64,000 nucleotides of DNA from assembly GCA_945917985.1 (NCBI GenBank), contig CAMEIH010000001.1, forward strand, positions 43,984 through 107,983, read 5' to 3'. The notes under the pieces are model-generated. The model was not told the DNA's origin, made no database searches, and saw nothing but the letters and a program-made list of their open reading frames with translations. Shown piece by piece: positions 60,343-64,000 of this stretch. The DNA comes from an uncultured Clostridium sp. Lineage in GTDB: Bacteria > Bacillota > Clostridia > Lachnospirales > Lachnospiraceae. Position 1 is the stretch's first letter, and each line of letters starts with the position of its first letter. The position numbers were made by a program, and so were the translations under genes.

Positions 60343-61032
60343 TTATTTCTCACCTGAATATTCCGTTTGCCACAGCTCTATGGTTTCCGCTATCTCATTT
60401 ACAACCGAATCAATAAATTCTTCGATTACACTTGCCGGTAGGAACCGGTAATCTGATACATTAACCGTTTCAACATCATATTGCACATTCAGCAAATGAT
60501 CTCTCTGCTTTTCAATATTTTCTATCCTCAGAAGTCCCTCTGCATCAAAAGCCTTTGCATTTGCGAGCAGTACTCGGATCGCAGCTGTATTCTTACTGTT
60601 CTGGTAAAGCCACAGATCGATCCCTCTGGCTTCCACATAATACGCTTCCTTGAACTCTTCCAACTCCATGGGCGGTATATGCTCACTTTGAAGCCTTCTC
60701 CAGTTTTTAATGTCATTTAAGTAGTCTGTGAGGCAATGGACACACAATCCGATACCGAAATCTCTGTAATCGGTTCTCTCCCTCTCAGTCAGGATCTTAC
60801 CGAAGGTATCGCCAATATTGCTCTTCCACCGTCTATAATCCTGAGTGTCACTCCATTTACCGCAGCCCTCAAACATATGAGATTTCACTTTCCTGTCAAT
60901 CACAAAATCCGGATCCATGTGCACGCTGTCCGGTGCTACAGATCCCAGAATAAATTCCGCAGCATTCTCTATTTGCGGAAGACGATTTAAAAGCCTGTAT
61001 GCAACTTCCATGTGTATCATCTGATAAGCCAC
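60343..61032 (-). CDS. Zinc-dependent phospholipase C-like protein
   Basis: N-terminal H, LGSVAPD, SH, HCLTD. Confidence 0.7.
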   Translation of the reverse strand: MAYQMIHMEVAYRLLNRLPQIENAAEFILGSVAPDSVHMDPDFVIDRKVKSHMFEGCGKWSDTQDYRRWKSNIGDTFGKILTERERTDYRDFGIGLCVHCLTDYLNDIKNWRRLQSEHIPPMELEEFKEAYYVEARGIDLWLYQNSKNTAAIRVLLANAKAFDAEGLLRIENIEKQRDHLLNVQYDVETVNVSDYRFLPASVIEEFIDSVVNEIAETIELWQTEYSGEK

Positions 61033-61084
61033 AATTATTCACCTCTCACAATCAGCTTCCTGCGATTCAGGCATTGGCAAAACT

Positions 61085-61870
61085 CTATTCAAACTGATGC
61101 CTCTTTACCTGATCAAAATTTCTCTCCAAAGCATAGTAAACAGCATTTTCATTTGCAGAATACACAAAGGACACCCTGGTCGCCCAATTACCTTCCTGTT
61201 TTACTTCTCTTAACAGATGAAGTCCATCCTGAACAGAAAAGTCATCCGTACTGTTTCTCAGAATATCCATTGCCTTATCATATCTGTCTTTTCCGTAATA
61301 ACCGAATCTCGAAGGTTCAAAATCAGCGGGTAGCTCCAAAGCAGCAAAATTGCTCAATGTCGCATATTTTTCCCGTATGATGCTGTATCCGTTTCCCGGT
61401 TCCAGGATCATGATATGACCTTCCTTATCCGCAATAAGGGAGTGAAAAGACAGATCCGGCATTTGAACCGGCCCCGTGGAGATATTTAGGATCTCTTTTG
61501 AATCCGCAATCTCCTTTAACTCCTGAAAAGACAAAAGCCCCGAGATATAATCATCAATCAGCTGATCCAGATAGTTAACTGACGGGTCAAATCGAAACGG
61601 AGCTTTACCAAAATTCAGATTATTCGGCATATTTCCAAAGCAGCCTTTGTTATTGACTCCGTGGGCCTTTCGCACATTTCCGTCGAGCCGGAACATCCCC
61701 TCCGGAATATCCGGAATATCCGGAATATCTTCCGTCCCAATATTGTTTTTGATCCCGATATAAAATTTGTCCGGCTCCGCATACACATCATAGTCAAATG
61801 CTCCTATGTTGATATCCATGTTGAATCCGCAAATGACATCCTTTCCTCTTCTGACAAATCCTGTACACAT
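61085..61870 (-). CDS. Ntn-hydrolase-like protein
   Basis: MCTG start (N-terminal Cys), GFNMD, HGVN, SNF, RY. Confidence 0.65.
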   Translation of the reverse strand: MCTGFVRRGKDVICGFNMDINIGAFDYDVYAEPDKFYIGIKNNIGTEDIPDIPDIPEGMFRLDGNVRKAHGVNNKGCFGNMPNNLNFGKAPFRFDPSVNYLDQLIDDYISGLLSFQELKEIADSKEILNISTGPVQMPDLSFHSLIADKEGHIMILEPGNGYSIIREKYATLSNFAALELPADFEPSRFGYYGKDRYDKAMDILRNSTDDFSVQDGLHLLREVKQEGNWATRVSFVYSANENAVYYALERNFDQVKRHQFE

Positions 61871-61905
61871 AAGAATTCTCCTCCATTACAAGCAGCCAAA
61901 GCTGA

Positions 61906-62457
61906 TTACTCAACCCCTGCTTTTCCTATCCACTGTTCTTTCGTTAAATAATTGGTGTGTCCTACCCTTATCTCATTCAATAATGGTACCGGTACTTCAT
62001 CACAGGTATGATGATAAGAAAATCCAAGTTTTTCCTGCACTCTCTTCGATTTCGTATTTCCATCATAGTATCCGCACCAGATCGTCGTCATTCCCAATTC
62101 TTCAAAACCGCGGCGGATCAGCTCCCTGCCGGCTTCAGGCACATACCCTCTGCCCCAAAACGGTTTGCCAAGCCAGTATCCAAGCTCACATTCATCATCC
62201 CGCTCTGTCATATCGGTATGTCCGTTAAGCTTTAACTCTATAGCGCCGATTGCTTTATCATTTCCTTTTTTACATATTGCATAACATTCTTTTCCTGAAA
62301 AAACATTTCTAATCACATTCAGGCTTTCTTCCACACTTTTATGCGACGGCCATCCCGCTATGGGCCCGACATCCGGATCTTTAGCATATTCAAAAAGACT
62401 TTCCGCATCCGCTTCTGTCCATGGACGCAGCACTAATCTCTCAGTTGTCAATATCAT
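61906..62457 (-). CDS. GNAT acetyltransferase (RimJ/RimL type)
   Basis: TERLVLRPW, ELGYWLGKPFWGRGY, S.RVQEKLGF. Confidence 0.92.
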   Translation of the reverse strand: MILTTERLVLRPWTEADAESLFEYAKDPDVGPIAGWPSHKSVEESLNVIRNVFSGKECYAICKKGNDKAIGAIELKLNGHTDMTERDDECELGYWLGKPFWGRGYVPEAGRELIRRGFEELGMTTIWCGYYDGNTKSKRVQEKLGFSYHHTCDEVPVPLLNEIRVGHTNYLTKEQWIGKAGVE

Positions 62458-62470
62458 AATTTCAATACTC

Positions 62471-63262
62471 CTATTTCATAAATGTCAGGATTTCATTTAG
62501 ATCCCATTCTTTTGCAGGGAGAACCATTGCTCTTTCCCTGATGACTTCTCTGATAATGCGCTTTTCAAGCTGCTGCCTGTGTCTGAAATGGGCTATCATA
62601 TCTTCAAACGTACTGCATCCATACTTCTCACCATATGGCGAGTGAATCAGATACTCCAGCATCATCTGATACCACAACTCATTTCCTGACTGGTCACTTC
62701 GTTCCTTTTTTATCACCTTGATGTTATCCTCCAGCTTATCACTGTACAGATACAGCAATCGAAAGTTATCCTGATTGACCCTGCCATACAATTCGCGATA
62801 AAATTCTACAATCTCATCGTCTTTCAGCAGATGGAACAATATCAGATCTTCGATGATGTTCTGAAAGAAGGCACACTCAAAAAGATAACCTGTTTCCGAA
62901 AAGCTTTGATATCTCGAAAAAATAAGCTGTTCTAATTCCTGTAACGTTTTCCGCCCGTTATATACCTCATATTTTTCCAAATCCTTATGGAAATTTGGAA
63001 TATCCGTGAGGATCCTGGTATACGAAACAACAAAGTGGTTCTGCTCCTGAACGGTATTTTTTATGATTTCATCCCGAATCAGTCTGTAGCATTGCAGCAC
63101 TGCCTCATATTCTTCCTTCGTCATCCATGTGCCCCATGCCAGGTCAACCGGAGAATAATCTCCCTCCCTGCAAACACGAAATTCCGGAATGGCAGCGAAA
63201 ATGCTGTTCACCAACGTGGATTTTCCCATTCCCTGAATTCCTTCTATAAAAACATTATTCAT
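62471..63262 (-). CDS. P-loop kinase-like protein
   Basis: FIEGIQGMGKST, EGD..PVD, ECAFFQN. Confidence 0.75.
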   Translation of the reverse strand: MNNVFIEGIQGMGKSTLVNSIFAAIPEFRVCREGDYSPVDLAWGTWMTKEEYEAVLQCYRLIRDEIIKNTVQEQNHFVVSYTRILTDIPNFHKDLEKYEVYNGRKTLQELEQLIFSRYQSFSETGYLFECAFFQNIIEDLILFHLLKDDEIVEFYRELYGRVNQDNFRLLYLYSDKLEDNIKVIKKERSDQSGNELWYQMMLEYLIHSPYGEKYGCSTFEDMIAHFRHRQQLEKRIIREVIRERAMVLPAKEWDLNEILTFMK

Positions 63263-63294
63263 TCCGTCATTCCCTTCATTTCCCTTTTCGAATA

Positions 63295-64000
63295 TTACTC
63301 CTCACATTCAGACTGTTGCACGCTTTCATAATATGCTTCCAGTTCTGCCTTCTGCTTGATAAATATCTTTCCGAGCTCCGCGTCAAAATGCTTACCTAAA
63401 GACTCTTCAATAATGGAAAAGGCTTTGTCAAAGGAATATTTCTCCTTATAACAGCGTTTGCTCACCAGCGCATCAAACACATCTGCCAGTGCCATGATCC
63501 TGGCTTCCAGAGGGATATCCTCTCCTGAAAGTCCTTTGGGGTAACCAGTTCCGTCCCACTTCTCGTGATGATAATGTGCCACATTTTCAGCTATTTTTCT
63601 AAATTGCTTATCATCAGAGCTGTGCAGGATCTTTGCCACGATCTGGGCTCCCTTTTCAGGATGTGTCTTCATGATCTCATATTCTTCGGGTGTAAATTTC
63701 CCGGGTTTTCTCAGTATGGCATCGTCAACCGCAATTTTGCCGAAATCGTGAAGAGGCGCAGCTTTGATGACACATTCAAAGAAGGCCTCCCCTTTTTTTG
63801 CATAAACAGGATCCTTTTGAAGACCCTCAGCAAAAATTCTCACACACTCGCTTGTTCTTCTGATATGGCCTCCTGTATTACTGTCACGGTCTTCCACCGT
63901 ATCCGCCATACTCAGGATAATATCGTTCTGCATTTTGACAAGACTTCTTGTCTTTTTCTTTACCTCTCTCTCCAGTTTTTCATTGTATTCTTCCACCATC
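63295..64000 (-). CDS. HD-GYP domain protein (c-di-GMP phosphodiesterase), 3' part
   Basis: LHDFGK, HHEKWDGTGYP, ADVFDAL; 5' end lies beyond the window. Confidence 0.92.
   Translation of the reverse strand, partial: MVEEYNEKLEREVKKKTRSLVKMQNDIILSMADTVEDRDSNTGGHIRRTSECVRIFAEGLQKDPVYAKKGEAFFECVIKAAPLHDFGKIAVDDAILRKPGKFTPEEYEIMKTHPEKGAQIVAKILHSSDDKQFRKIAENVAHYHHEKWDGTGYPKGLSGEDIPLEARIMALADVFDALVSKRCYKEKYSFDKAFSIIEESLGKHFDAELGKIFIKQKAELEAYYESVQQSECEE

Larger units (their letters stand above)
32007..63262 (-). other. Co-oriented cassette-like array of about 49 short accessory genes and remnants
   Basis: All recognisable genes on - strand, unrelated functions, short spacers, recurrent junction palindrome, many truncations. 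Confidence 0.75.

Noticed and set aside
61702-61728. 9-bp repeat x3 (CCGGAATAT) as a phase-variation switch
   Set aside because: Unit is a multiple of 3 (DIP x3), so slippage keeps the frame.
32029-63262. Classical integron / attC array
   Set aside because: No RYYYAAC...GTTRRRY hairpins of 55-140 bp seen, most spacers are too short, and there is no intI in the window.
32029-63262. Prophage or ICE
   Set aside because: No structural, replication, relaxase, T4SS or integrase genes recognised.

Overview
Window from a low-GC Gram-positive anaerobe; gene content suggests Lachnospiraceae or a similar clostridial lineage (inference). Positions 1-31,300 are mostly housekeeping: 5' end of glnA, nadE, hslO, hisC, a polar amino acid ABC transporter, cell-envelope glycosyl/acyltransferases, a TetM-like GTPase-NYN fusion, an OFA transporter, a GrcA-like protein with a Crp/Fnr regulator, and metY. 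Three Rpn/PD-(D/E)XK loci and a family of structured palindromic repeats lie in or at the edge of this part. From about 32,000 to 63,300 there is an unbroken minus-strand array of about 49 short, functionally unrelated genes and gene remnants (12 GNAT-fold, NUDIX, HD, VOC, kinases, ANT-like nucleotidyltransferase, Eis, macrolide glycosyltransferase-like, MBL, YhcG, RhuM). Many junctions carry a degenerate ~15-bp palindrome (approximately WAAATTYYRATTTGT, either orientation), often between a stop codon and the next RBS. The array resembles an integron-like cassette array but shows no attC sites and no integrase in the window; it is the best candidate for an undescribed system. No rRNA, tRNA or CRISPR array was seen. 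All family calls come from motif recognition by eye, not database searches.
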